DNA of 64,000 bases from Vicugna vicugna. Its lineage: Eukaryota. Of the stretch, positions 50,501 to 62,390 are shown one piece after another. The number at the start of each line of letters is the position of its first letter. Positions within the stretch are counted from its first letter, which is position 1. A model generated the notes under the pieces. That model ran no database searches and was not told the DNA's origin. It saw nothing but the letters and a program-made list of their open reading frames with translations. The translations under genes and the position numbers were made by a program. The DNA lies in contig MU058337.1 of the NCBI GenBank assembly GCA_013265495.1, positions 746,001 through 810,000 on the forward strand, read 5' to 3'.

Positions 50501-51439
50501 TCCTAAGATATACTTAAGGGGTACATGGTATGGGGTTCAAAGGCAAATGGCTCAAGCATTCCTGCTGCTCCAATGATCTTTTTATGGAGGGTAAAGTTTC
50601 CCAAATGATGGAAACAGACTATAAAAAGAAAGAGTAAAGGATACATTTATTAAATGGCTTAATTGGAACATTAAGTCAGTCAGATGTTCAAAACGGATAG
50701 ATGATGAGTCTGTTGTGGTCCCGAGACATATTTTCTTGGGTTTGAAAGTTCTGAAAACATCAGAAAATTTCACAAATGAGTTCATATTTTGACCTACTCT
50801 AGACAGGTTGGAGCATCGGCCCCTGCTTGTGCGCTGGACGTGCATGCTCAGCATTTCTGACGGCCGGAGGCTGACTTCCCCACCAATTCTTCCACCCCCT
50901 TGCATAACCCTGACTTGCGTCACTCATTCACCTTGCCTGGCTGGTCCCTTGGGGCTTTTGAGCTGGCCATCCCAATGTAGGAGGCCAACCATGTCGTCTT
51001 TAACCTGAGTCTACAAAGTATTGTTGAGATGGCAAATGTAGAAATCAAGTGTGAAGTGAATGCTAGGTCCGTCAAAATCCTCAAGTGGAATGATGAAAAA
51101 TGTATCCCAATCACTAAGTAACCAAGTTATAATAATGAAACTAAAAATAATCAAATGCTCCATCGCGGCTATAGAACAAATCACATGAGTAAAGGAAATT
51201 ACATGTTAGTTTCCAAATTAGGTTAATTAATTACACACAAAGACTCCCCTAAAAAGGCTCATCTGGACACCTAAAGGCCCGAAGGTAAATAATTATTACC
51301 AAAAACCTGCAGAAATTTTAGTATGTTGATGTGTTCAAGTCAGAATAAAAAATGCTTTATGGTGAATATGGTCCTTCAGCACACAATCACACAACCAGTG
51401 GGGTGATTATCTTCCTATTGAGGGAAGATGTTCCATCAG

Positions 51440-51600
51440 TAATTGGCAAATGGGGCCCATCGGTCTCCTGCATCAGAATCACTTTAGTGTTTGTAATAGT
51501 CTTGCATCTGTACTCTGGTTACTTAGACCGGATCCTAGAGGCTGACCTGAAACCTGTGTTTTAACAAATTCACTGGTGAAAGTTTAGGGATATTAGAGAT
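51440..51600. mobile_element. MER5B-like hAT MITE remnant
   Basis: cctgcatcagaatcact...aaacctgtgttttaacaaattcactggtga. Confidence 0.5.
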
Positions 51601-51732
51601 GGGAAATACTGGCTGAATATTAGAAAATTAGTATTCCATGTTAACTTTTCTTCCTTCTTTCCTCTCCTCGCTCCTTCCCACCCCCTCCCTCTCTCCCTTC
51701 CTTCCTTCCAACTAAATTAGAAATATGTTGTC

Positions 51733-51835
51733 TGTCAGTATTCAAGGGGGATTGGTTCCAGGACCCCCTCGGATACCAGCATCCAAGGATGCTCAAGTCC
51801 TTTGTACAAAACGGTGAAGTGCAGTTGGCCCTCCC
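51733..51835. mobile_element. TcMar-Tigger derivative, MER2-like fragment
   Basis: gggggattggttccaggaccccctcggataccagcatccaaggatgctcaagtcc. Confidence 0.8.
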
Positions 51836-52035
51836 CACCCACAAGTTGAATGGGACCCTCGAGTTGCTTGACTCGCTAATGGGGTACCCGTGCATATGGA
51901 AGCCAAGTGTGGTGTTCAGTTTTTCTAGGGAAAAGTGTTAATATGTACACAAAGAAAAATCTATTTTTCGGAAAGAAATATTTCACTTCATTGTTTCTGA
52001 TCAGAAGATGAGGTGAACATTCTGCAGTAAACACA

Positions 52036-52215
52036 TCTGTGGTTCTCAAGTTGAGTGAGCATTGGAGTCACGGGAGGGGTTGTTGAGACACAGATGTCTG
52101 GCCCTGCGCAGAGTTTCTGATCCGGTGACTGGGTGGGGCCTGAGAACTTGTATTTCTCCCAGATTCCACATGTTGCTGACATTGCTGGTCCAAGGACCAC
52201 ACTTCTAGAGCTGTC
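52036..52215. mobile_element. MER5A hAT MITE
   Basis: gtggttctcaagttgagtgagcattggagtcac...gagtttctgatcc...gggtggggcctgagaacttgtatttct...tgctggtccaaggaccacactt. Confidence 0.85.
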
Positions 52216-53736
52216 ATGGTAGATTTCCCACTCACATTCCATCCCCACCACCCCCTACACCTGCTTCGTTCTCTTTCTCCTTTGTTTAAAGAATTCCCTC
52301 TGCCGTGCTTTGTATCTTAGGATTTTAGCTCCTTGGTTCTTCTCAGGCCACAACTAGAGATCTCTTTATTCTGTCTCCTCTCCATTGTCCAATAAGATCA
52401 ACTTATTTTGTCATCAGACAATCTGAAGAACCAATTTTTCTCATGTCATCCAAGGACACATGGAAACGCCCTTTTAGAGGTACTGCATTTTAAAGAAGTC
52501 CTTAACTGAAGTCATGACCTCCAGTTGTGCCCCTCCGGGTACCACGGAGACTCCTGCAGCAGGGGAGGGGTTCGGGGTGTTTGTTTTATTCAGCGAGCTT
52601 GTTATGTTTTGTTTTCCAAAGGAAGACCTTTCTAATACCCTCTCAAGTTCTCATTTGAAAGACATCTGAACACATTAAAGAAATTACGCTATAATCATAA
52701 ACACTGTTAGGCATTTCAAATGTGTAAACGTCTATAAAGTATTCGAACAGTCACTTACAAGCAATCGAAATATATAGAAAGAAAAAAAGAGATTGGCAAA
52801 ACCAAGCCCCTTTAAAGGTCGTAGTTATAACTATATGTTGTAGGGAAAATTTATGTTTGGATAACATGATTGAAGTTTTAATTCAAAAGGACAGGCAACA
52901 ACTGGATTGAGTCAAAGTAATCCAGTTTTTAAATTATATTTCAAGTTTCAGTTTAGTAATTATACTTAATTTTTTTTCTTTCATGTGGTTTAAAATAACT
53001 TGATACCTATCACTTTTATGGAATTTTCTTAATAGTTCTGTTACTAACATTAGTATAATTCCTGAAGCCTATTTAGGGGTCAACATCTTGTCTCTGGTCA
53101 ATATAATTGCAATTTTATCTTAGAAACTGGCACAGAAATATGATTGTATTTCTAAGTTGATTTCTGAATTGCTCTCTTTTCAGGGATTCCTATTTTCTCT
53201 AAATTGAAGTTCTTGAGAATTTCAGTAATATCCAAGGCCACTCATATAAATGGACAAGGCATATGGGACAGAAAAGTCAAAGTTGGAATGCTATCTAGGC
53301 AAAATAATCAAATATCTTAAATAACTGATGTTAAAAACATAGGTATATAGCAGCTGCACATAATGCATTTTGATTGATTTTCTGGTAGTTTATGAAGTAG
53401 GAATTTGGACGAGATCACATCAATAGCCTGAACTCCCAGTATTTAATAAGATAAATTTCATGTTTATTCATGAGGGCACACATGACACTAGAATGGCCAC
53501 TTCATGGAAAAATGTAACAGAAAATACTAGCAATGATTTCAACTCAAAAAAGTAAGTATCAGAATAGTCCATGATGACAGCCCACGCCGAGGTAGTAAAA
53601 TGCACTGAAAGTTCTTAATGAACACTTCAAGATTTATCCTTGAATAAAAACACCCATCACCATGGGGGAACTCACTGTATTTCAAAGGGTCTGATGCAGT
53701 TTTACTTTAAAAATTTGTTCATGAAACCTGTAGTTT

Positions 53737-53791
53737 TTCAGATTCTAATTCTGTTCAATTTCGAATTCAGATTCTAATTCTGTTCAATTTC
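53737..53791. repeat. Exact 26-bp tandem duplication with a 3-bp spacer
   Basis: ttcagattctaattctgttcaatttc at 53737-62 and 53766-91, separated by gaa. Confidence 0.95.
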
Positions 53792-53859
53792 TCCTATTTC
53801 TTTTATTTTGTTCTCGGTTGACTTCAAGACAATTTATTCAGACCAGAGCATTTAAAAAG

Positions 53860-54530
53860 GTTTAGTGTATGATAAAGTGGATTATAAATCAGTTAAGGAA
53901 TAAAACACTTTTCAATAAAAACTTCTTGGATGACTAGCTAATTATCTGAAAAAAAATTTAAGTTAGATCAGTACAGGAAATTAGCAGTATTAAAGACTTA
54001 ACTGTGAAAAATGATGCCTCAATCATCCAGAAAACAAATGCAAACATATCTGATTGTAAAATGACAGAGAACTTCATAGGCATGAAAGTAATGAGAAAGT
54101 TCCAAGGAGACTACCAATAGATTAGTCTTTATGAAACACAAAACTCTGGCATGTCCAAAAGCACCATGAAGTTAAAATGCAAGTGAAAATCTGGAAAAAT
54201 TATTTGCAACAGTATGTCTGTCAAATTCAGAAGATGTGATGCTGGTAGAATGATGAAAAAAAATTTAACAGACAAATCATAAAAAAAATGTTCAATATGA
54301 ATGGAACCAAAAATATCATTGTTTAAATACTGAATTGGAATAAATGGGGAAAATTGATGATGGAGGTCAGTGATCAAGAGCTCTCTCTTTCTAAAGGGCC
54401 AAAATATTATCTATATAAATACATACTCTTCGATTCAGTAACTCCTCTTCTAGGAATGTATCTTAACATCTCAGTTGCAGACAAATACTTGTATATTAGA
54501 ATGTTCAGCAGGGGATTATTTATGTCAAGT
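53860..54530 (+). mobile_element. Highly degraded L1ME-type fragments
   Basis: ggatgactagctaattatctgaaaaaaaatttaagttagatc; aatctggaaaaattatttgcaac; gattcagtaactcctcttctaggaatgtatc. Confidence 0.55.
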
Positions 54531-54995
54531 GCAGAGAACAGAGTTCTACTCTTTAGAAGTTTTTACACAATTAGTTTCTTCACTAAAATTTGTAGTAAAA
54601 ATAGGGAGTATTCTTTGCACAGGGCCAGACACATTTCTGGCATTTCTGCTGTCTCCCTTACTATTTCTGAAATTTTACTGCCAGAATGGAGAGACCAGAT
54701 CCCAGTTCCTGTATTACTTAGAAGTGCTTGTTTTCTTTGTAGAATGTCAGCTGCTCTTCATAGACGATTAGCCTCAGTGTCCTGGATGGTTTCCAGTTTA
54801 CATAATTATAATGTAATTGATATTATGTTTTCCCCATAGCTCCGGTGATTTGCAATATTCTGTTGCTTCCTGTTTGTCCTGTCATAGCGGCTGGGTTGTC
54901 CCAAGAGGCAGTGTTTACTCCCTGGCATATTTGTGTGGAATGAGTGTTTTATGTGTGCATGCACGTGCCATGGGCGTATTAAAATAATCACACTT

Positions 54996-55140
54996 GGGGG
55001 GAGGTATAGCTCAGTGGTAGAGTGTGTGCTTAGCGTGCATAAGGTCCTGGGTTCAATCCCCAGTGCCTCCATTAAAAATAGATAAATAAATAAACTTAAT
55101 TACCTCTCCCCCAAAATAAATAAATAAAATTAAATAAAAC
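54996..55140 (+). mobile_element. tRNA-Ala-derived SINE, camelid Vic-1 type
   Basis: GGGGGGAGGTATAGCTCAGTGGTAGAG...GGTCCTGGGTTCAATCCCCAGTGCCTCCA with A box and B box. Bipartite A-rich tail with internal aaacttaattacctctccccc. Confidence 0.9.
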
Positions 55141-55154
55141 ATATATGTGGATGT

Positions 55155-55450
55155 GTTTCATTCATGTAAATTTTTTTTTCCTGAGCACTTACAATATACC
55201 AGGCACTTCATGGTTTATGTGCTAGTGGGGGATTCAAGAAGGAAACAGGAAAACAAACACGTTACCGACTGGGATAGAGGTACAAAGTGGACAGATGGGG
55301 AGTGTCTTGCTGGGGTGCAGTGTTCTGCTCTGGACAGAGCTGTCAGATTCTGACTAGGTGGCTGAGCTAGGATGATGCACCCAGTCCAGGAAGAGTGGCC
55401 CAAGGTCAGGGGGAAGCAGGTGAAGCCCTCAGGCTGGGAGGTGGAGGGAC
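55155..55450 (-). mobile_element. L2 3' fragment
   Basis: ttcattcatg...ctgagcacttacaatataccaggcac...; ggctgagctaggatgatg. Confidence 0.5.
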
Positions 55451-57553
55451 CTAAGGGGGCGGCATGGCTGAGTGAGAGCGCGTGGTGGGAAAGTGGTTTG
55501 GGGTGACAGCAGAGCCTGGCCCGTGACCCTGGGCTGCTGACCATTCTCTTCTTGGTAGTGGAGATGGCTGGGTTAGGCAGACTGTGAGCTGGTGCTGGTT
55601 CCTTACCTTGAACCCCCTGGCCACTAGGGGAAGGGAGATCAAGCCAAGAGCCCTGCCAGTCGCCCCCTCCCATGGATAACTTCTCAGACTGTGTTGCTGT
55701 CAGAATCCACTGAGATGGTGACCGCCGCCTCGGGTGGTGCCTGGTCACCCCCACGGGACTGTCAACATGACTCCACACCTGAGTAAAATGAATCTTCCAG
55801 TCATTGCACTGCGGGCAAAGCTGGCAAGATTTGACTGGTGCCCCTGGGGCTGGACGAGCTGGAAGCCAGCATTCCTCACCTTTCATCTGAAAGTCCTGCT
55901 CAGATCAGTAAACGCTAAGGTGGCAGCCAGGGCGTCAAAACCTGAGGTTGCATGAAAAGTCAAAAGTGTCAGGTTTCAGGGCCACTGAATGTACTGCGTC
56001 GTCTGCTATTCCATGAGTGAACCTTGCTTCCTTGCGTCTCCCTGTTTCCAGATTCTCTCGTCCCTATCCGAACGTTCTCTCCTCCTGACTGCCTGTTCAA
56101 TTCCTAGTCATCTTTTTTTCTTTTTTTTGTTTTAAGACCGAGAGGGGTTAAGTGACTTCTCAAAGCCACACAGCTTGTTATTATCCAAACTATGTTCTCA
56201 TTTTCCTGCTATTTAGTAATTTTTCACTTTTCCCCTCAGTTGTGGAGGGTGTGCCAGCCACGTGCTAAGCACTGAGGAAGCAAACGTGATGAAGACAAAA
56301 GCCGATGTTCAGCTGCTCACCGTCTGGTGGGGAGACCTTGTCGAGCAAATAAAATGGGATGGGAGTGAGCGAATTGGGTGCTGCAGAGGACAACGGTGGT
56401 GCTCAGCAAGCCTGTAGAAAGGGGTCCTAGAATCCGTGCTTGAACTGAAAAATAACTCCAGGTTAGCCAGGGAACAGAAGAGGTTTGATGGGCAAGGACT
56501 GCACACAACTGTATATGGAAGCTTATGATTTTTTGATTTATTAAAATGTTCAATTGTGCTTGGATTTCTTCAGTTATTAAGCTGTATCCTCAAATTTTGA
56601 ACTACGTGGCAAAAGTGGTTTGATTACAAGAGATGGACACTTGGTCCTTCACTGTCCTTTCCCATGAATCGCATCTGCATTATCGGAATATTACAGATGA
56701 CTTTCCTGAATAAGCTGGTGATGCTGACATCAGCTTTGTTAGGACATGTCTGTTGTCCTCGTCAGACGGGCTGATTCCTCAGGGACCAATGTGTCCTCCG
56801 TTTTGACCCAGACTCATCCTTGACTCTGGCTCCCGCTCCTGGAGAACAGGACCGTTGTGCCCACAGATGCCTCAAGGATGCCGACGCCTCTGAAACGGGG
56901 CACTGATCCTGGAGGCTTGTGAAGAGCAGATTTTGGATGCTCAGATAGGTCTAACAACAAAGAAACAAAGGTTCTGAGGATTCAGGGAATGAATCCCTGT
57001 GGAATTGGACATTTTTAAATTAGAAAGAGCATATGACTCTATTAAAGAATGAAAGTAACTGATATGTCACACTGTTTAATATATTTATAGAATTTTTCTT
57101 AACCAGAGTATATGATTTTAACTTATTTTTAGCATGACATAAAGTTTCTATTTATTATGTAGATTAGAATTGGCCCCATTGTGAAAAATACTCTTTTCTA
57201 ATCAGTAAAACATGTTGATTTCTTAATTGCTATTATCAACATGCAAATTATTGTATTATTGTCTACATTAATTGCAGAGAATATTTTCGAGCTATCTTGT
57301 ATCACATAATTTGCTGGTAATTTAAGAATACTTATGGTTATATATACTTGCATTTTTAATTAGTGGATATTCTTTCAATTTTATTAGTAATGGCCTCATT
57401 CTTTTTAAAGTATCGATTATATTTGTATTCTTCTGTAATAAACTAAATACTTTTGAAATACAAAAAACTTGTTTTTTAAAGAAGAAAAATCCAGGCAGGC
57501 TAAACTGCCCAGACTTTTTCAAATTGAGGCAAAAAATTACCAGCTGTAATAGT

Positions 57554-57600
57554 TGTGTGTGTGTGGACGTGTGTGTGTGTGTGTGTGTGTATGTGCACAG
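57554..57600. repeat. Interrupted (TG)n microsatellite
   Basis: Direct reading of the sequence. Confidence 0.9.
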
Positions 57601-58904
57601 GTGCCTGTGCAGGTGTGTGATTAATAGTAATACTAAGTATTTGAAAATGTAAACTTCCAAAATGGAACGTATCTACGTGAGCTCTCAGAACATGCCTTTT
57701 TTCTGAGCACTCTGAAGTTCCTCTGTTCATGTCTGCACAGACGTCCACGGAACCTTTAGCACATGTTAACAGTGTATCACAGAGGAGCCGGGTTAAGCAC
57801 CGAGGCGCATCAGCACACATCCTTTCTTCCTTCAGCTCATCAAAGTGGTCCCCCGATGACGGCGGTCAGCAGCTGCAATTCCCTAAGTAAAGATCAGCAC
57901 CTCACAGTCCTTCCGGAGACTTTTTTTTCTCTTACCACTTAAGTTAATACAGAAATCATGTTTGAAACTTCACTGGGGTTAATTGGAAAACTCCAAAAGC
58001 CACCCTGCAGGTATTGTGGCTTGTATGATCCATGCCTGTCCTAATTTTTTAGAGTTGCTATTCAGCAGTCTCGTTGGAGCTCCAGCAGATCAGCTGGGTC
58101 GTGACTAGGTTACACTGTGCTTGTTTTCAATTTAATTTCGTCTTGTCACTTAATAGACGTACACTTTCCAAGCTGTCTCATGTTTGAAACTATTTTCTTG
58201 ACTTTTTTTTTTCTGGGCATCAGTTGCTGTTCCTTAATTGTAAAGGATCTTTCAAGTGAGATAGATTTCCATTGATTTCGAACATCTAAAGTTTAATGCT
58301 CTCTAAACACAAAGGCACAAGCTGTATCTCTTCATAGGGTTAATCCTGGGCCTGAAATGTCAGATTATCCTCTTTTGTTTTGACCTTTAAATCATATCAA
58401 TTATATTGATAACACAGTGATTCCTATCACTTTTCTGGGATCCTCTTGCTACACAATAATTTTCCAGTGTTTATCCTACTCCGGTAATCTTATTTGTAGT
58501 TAGAATGCAACTCGATCCTCCAAAATTGCCAGGCTTACTATATTGCCTTGGAAAATAATGCATGAGATGAATAATAAATATTAAATTATTCACACAAATA
58601 ACCTCCCTGTACAAGGACTCCCTGCTTCTCTGCCAGAGGATACACAGATAACATAAAACAATCAATTGAAACAGAGTTAGGAGATAAAGGCCTGAGAAAG
58701 CAGGACAGCAGCTGCTGCCAGCAAAGCTTTCAGTAGATGAACCTTCACAAAGGAGGCGGGCTGCGCTGTTTCTTGGGGAGCTGAAAGGGCAACTTAGCCT
58801 AATGCCACACTCCAGCTTATCTGAACACAGGGTGCTCGGGGAGAAAAATGGAGACAAAGACTAGGTAGTTCCAGAGAGAAACTAAGTGATAGATGGCATA
58901 ATAA

Positions 58905-59950
58905 AAAAAAAAAAAGAAATTTAAAACTTTTGCTCTGCAAATGACAGTTTGAGTGAAAAGACAAACTTCGAATCGGGTGAAGGGGTGAGATTTGCTTTGC
59001 AAATCCCTGACAAAGAACCTGTATGGAGAGTGTGCAAAGAACAACCGACACCAATAGAAAAAAAGCAAACAGCCCAATTAAAAAATGGGAAGAAGACATG
59101 CACAGACACTTTACCAAAGAGGATATATGGATATTAAGTAAACACACAACAAGATTCAATATAATTAACCCTTACAGAAATGCAAATTAAAACCACTGTA
59201 AGATACAACATCCCATTAGAATAACTGGCATTAAACTTACATACAAACAGACAATATTAAGTGTGCTGGTTCTGCGCAGCCACCGGACTCCTGTACATCG
59301 CTGAAACAAAATCGTGCAAAAGGGTACAAAGTCGTACAGACACTCAGGAAAATGCTGTCAATTTCTTATAAAGGCAAACATATGCTTACCTTATCAGCTG
59401 GAAAACCTGCTCCTTTCTTTTGAAAGAATCCTGGTTATTTACCCAGGCAGAAATATAAACATATGTTCACACAAGTTTATGTGTAAATGCTTATGGAAAC
59501 TCTGTTCATAATGGCCAAAAACTAGAGTCAGCTCACAGGTCTTTCGGTGGTGAATGGATAAACCACCTGTGGTACTCCCGTCCTTCGTGTGGTGCTACCA
59601 GCAGATGAAAGCAACGAAACACTGACACATGCAGCAACATAGATGACTCTTAGGGACAGTGTGACAAATGAAAGAAGTCGGTCTTGCAAGAGTACATACT
59701 GTACGATTTTGTTTATATTACATTCTGGAAAAAAGCTGTAACAATGGAGATCAGATTAGTGCTTGCTGGGGGGCGGGCAGGAGTGAGGAGGTTGTGTGAC
59801 TTTAAAGGAACAGTATGAAGGAGGTTTAGGGGGAGGTGATGGAGCTGTTCTGTTTTCTGATTGTGGTGGTTGTCACCTGATCGCACGTGTCAAAATTCAT
59901 AGAGCTTTTACATACAAAAATGTCAATTTAACTGTATGTTAATTCAAATG
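58905..59950 (+). mobile_element. L1MC/MD-type fragment (ORF2 end + 3'UTR)
   Basis: aaaacttttgctctgcaaatgaca; acagacactttaccaaagaggatatatgg; gaaatgcaaattaaaaccac; gtgaatggataaaccacctgtggtac; gagatcagattagtgcttgctggggg; tgtcaaaattcatagagc. Confidence 0.85.
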
Positions 59951-60529
59951 TCATCTCTTTTAAAAGGGGTTTTCAATAGCCCCTTGAAATGTTCAAGATT
60001 CACTGACTCATCTGTAGGTTAATCTCTCCAAAGACCCACATGGAAAACAGTCAGAAATGGTGGGGTAAACTTGCGAGGCTTGAAAGCTCTCTGTGTCTCC
60101 TGAGATTTTTGTTTTCTGAGAACAAATTCCTCAGCTGTTATACTGAAATGTTCAAATTCACAGCTTTTAAACTGCAGCTGCTGAACTATGGCTCTGGAAA
60201 TCATCCGAAGCTGAGAATGTGTAAATATTATATATACAGTAATTTAGAAGAGAGTCAACATTTCCTCTCTTAACCCAAGGTTTTGGGTTCCTGAAATTGC
60301 CAAGGTTGAGTAAACTTTGAAGCCATCCATCTTGTTTCTTTTTATCCACGTTTTCCTATTGAATTTCTCTCTCCCTACCAACGATGTTCTAAAATTTAAA
60401 TGATTAGACTGCAAAGTGCTTTGAGGCTTTGGGATGCAGAATGATTCAAGCACTAATTATTATCGTGTGGTCTTCTGCAAACACCTCGCCTCGCCTTCTG
60501 TGATGCTGCTTTCTTCCCGGTCCCGCCTA

Positions 60530-60810
60530 CATTCCTGATCGTCTCATTCTAACTTTTCCCGTGGATCTCCTCCTTTCTCCCACCCTCCAAATGTTGACAT
60601 TTTGTTAAGATAGAAACTTGGATCTCTCAATTCTCTTCCCTCAGACATTTTTTCCTTTGAAAATGACATTAATTGTCCTGGCTTCCTCTAACCGTGGAAA
60701 TAGCTCCCAAACCAACACTTTCTGCTCTGGTCCTTTTATTTAACTTTCATCAATTGGGTCTTCTCTCCTTGGCTTTTCAACAACATCTTAAACTTTCTGT
60801 GTTTGAAAAA
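60530..60810 (+). mobile_element. L2 fragment
   Basis: atctctccttggcttttcaacaacatcttaaactttctgtgtttgaaa and the upstream pyrimidine-rich L2-like sequence. Confidence 0.45.
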
Positions 60811-60811
60811 T

Positions 60812-61195
60812 CCCATTACTGCTGAGAGTTGGAATGGAAAGTCTCTCGTATTTTTGGTGGAAATTTAAACTGGAAGACATTTTGGAGCGCAGGTTGTCAA
60901 GATGTACCCAAAGCTTCTATGACATGCCCTTTGACCCAGCAGTACCATTTTCTGGAATTTAAAAAACACATGTACAGAGATGTATAAATAAGGCTTATCA
61001 TCATTTTATAGCAAAAAAAAAAGAAAAAATGTAAATGTCCATCAATAGGGAGTTGTCTAAATAAATTACAGATAATTCCATATCATTAACTTCTGTGTAG
61101 CCTTCACGTGTTTACATTTGTAGATAGGAAATACACCCACATTATATTATTAAATGAAAATAGGAGGTTATGACATAGCATATAATTGCTTCTTT
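60812..61195 (+). mobile_element. L1ME-type fragment
   Basis: ccctttgacccagcagtaccattttctggaattt; aaatgtccatcaatagggagttgtctaaataaattac. Confidence 0.7.
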
Positions 61196-62189
61196 TTAAA
61201 ATTGATGTTTCTTAGTTTCATCAGATACTATTTTTATAATCAGGAAAAATCTCTCCTCATTTAGAAGACAAAATTTAAACAAAAAGTAGTTTATCACATT
61301 CATCTCAAGTGGATTGATTTGCCTTAATACCTTTGATAGGAACCACCAGCCCTCCTGACAGCCAGACTTGAGAGCTAAGCGCAGGCGCCCTGAGATTGCG
61401 CTCTCTCCTGCTCCAGCTTTCACACTGCTGACAAGTCTCGGTGCCTGGATCTCTGTGACAGTGATTCTTAAGAGGGACTGGGATAGATCTGTACATAAAA
61501 ATCTCCACTTAGGCATGGTGCACAGTGGCAGTTTGCAACTGAGCTTCTGAAATATCCATGAACTTCGCACAGGTGCCACCTGAAGAATCGTTCTGTGCAC
61601 TGAAGGCTGTAACTGACAGCAGTGTTTTGCCATCTGTCAGTGATGCGGGGCAGTAACCAGTGTTGAGAACCAGAGCTCTGAATTCTGCCTTTTCCTCATC
61701 ATTTCTCCTCTGTACTTCACCCTGGGTAATTTTTAAGAATAACGCCATGAGTTTTCTTCTCTTTCTTTCCGACATAGAGCTCTCTTCCAACCTCCATCTA
61801 ATTTAGCCCCAACTCTGTGATCGAGGTTACCAAGCCATAGTTTGCGATGGGGAAACAGAAGATGCAGTCAAAAAACTGACTGCATCTCTTGACAGGTAGA
61901 TGTGAATTGAAAGAGAAAGTTTATCAAAAACTAAATCTAGTAGACACTCTATAGAGAGGAACCCCAAACAAATGCTGTAAACAAATAAATACTGTAAGAG
62001 ATAAAAGACAAATCTTTATCACTGAAGCCTTAGGGATGGGCGAATCCTTTAAAAGGTGAATGTAAAGACAGAAGTTAAGAGAACTAGGCTCGAATGAAGA
62101 GAAACACTGACTTAACGAGGTAGTGCAGGATGAGGGCCTGTAAGAAAGGGAAAGATTTCAAAGAGTAGGAGGGAAATTGAAGGGTATTT

Positions 62190-62390
62190 TGTTTCAGGGT
62201 GTCCTTCCAGCCCCAGCGGGCAGGGGTTGGTGCCACCCTCGCATGAGTTTAGAAGGGTGGGAAGAGGCGTATTTTGTTGTCAACAGGACAGAACTGTGGA
62301 TAATGATGCCAATTGCTTTGCTACACACCAGGCAGTCACACACAGTGAAGAATTGTTCCACCAAATGCCAGCCCTTTTGAGAATCACCGT
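62190..62390. mobile_element. hAT-Charlie MITE, MER20-like
   Basis: gatgccaattgctttgctacacaccaggcagtcacacacagtgaagaattgttccaccaaatgcca...ttgagaatcac. Confidence 0.55.

Noticed and set aside
55000..55071. Bona fide tRNA-Ala gene
   Set aside because: Followed by a SINE-type bipartite A-rich tail rather than a T-run terminator, and lacks G3:U70; treated as a SINE.
55617..55635. CTCF-like tggccactaggggaag
   Set aside because: Mismatches at the critical GGC positions of the core.
55215..55886. 223-aa minus-strand ORF
   Set aside because: Overlaps an L2 relic and GC-rich DNA; no domain recognised.
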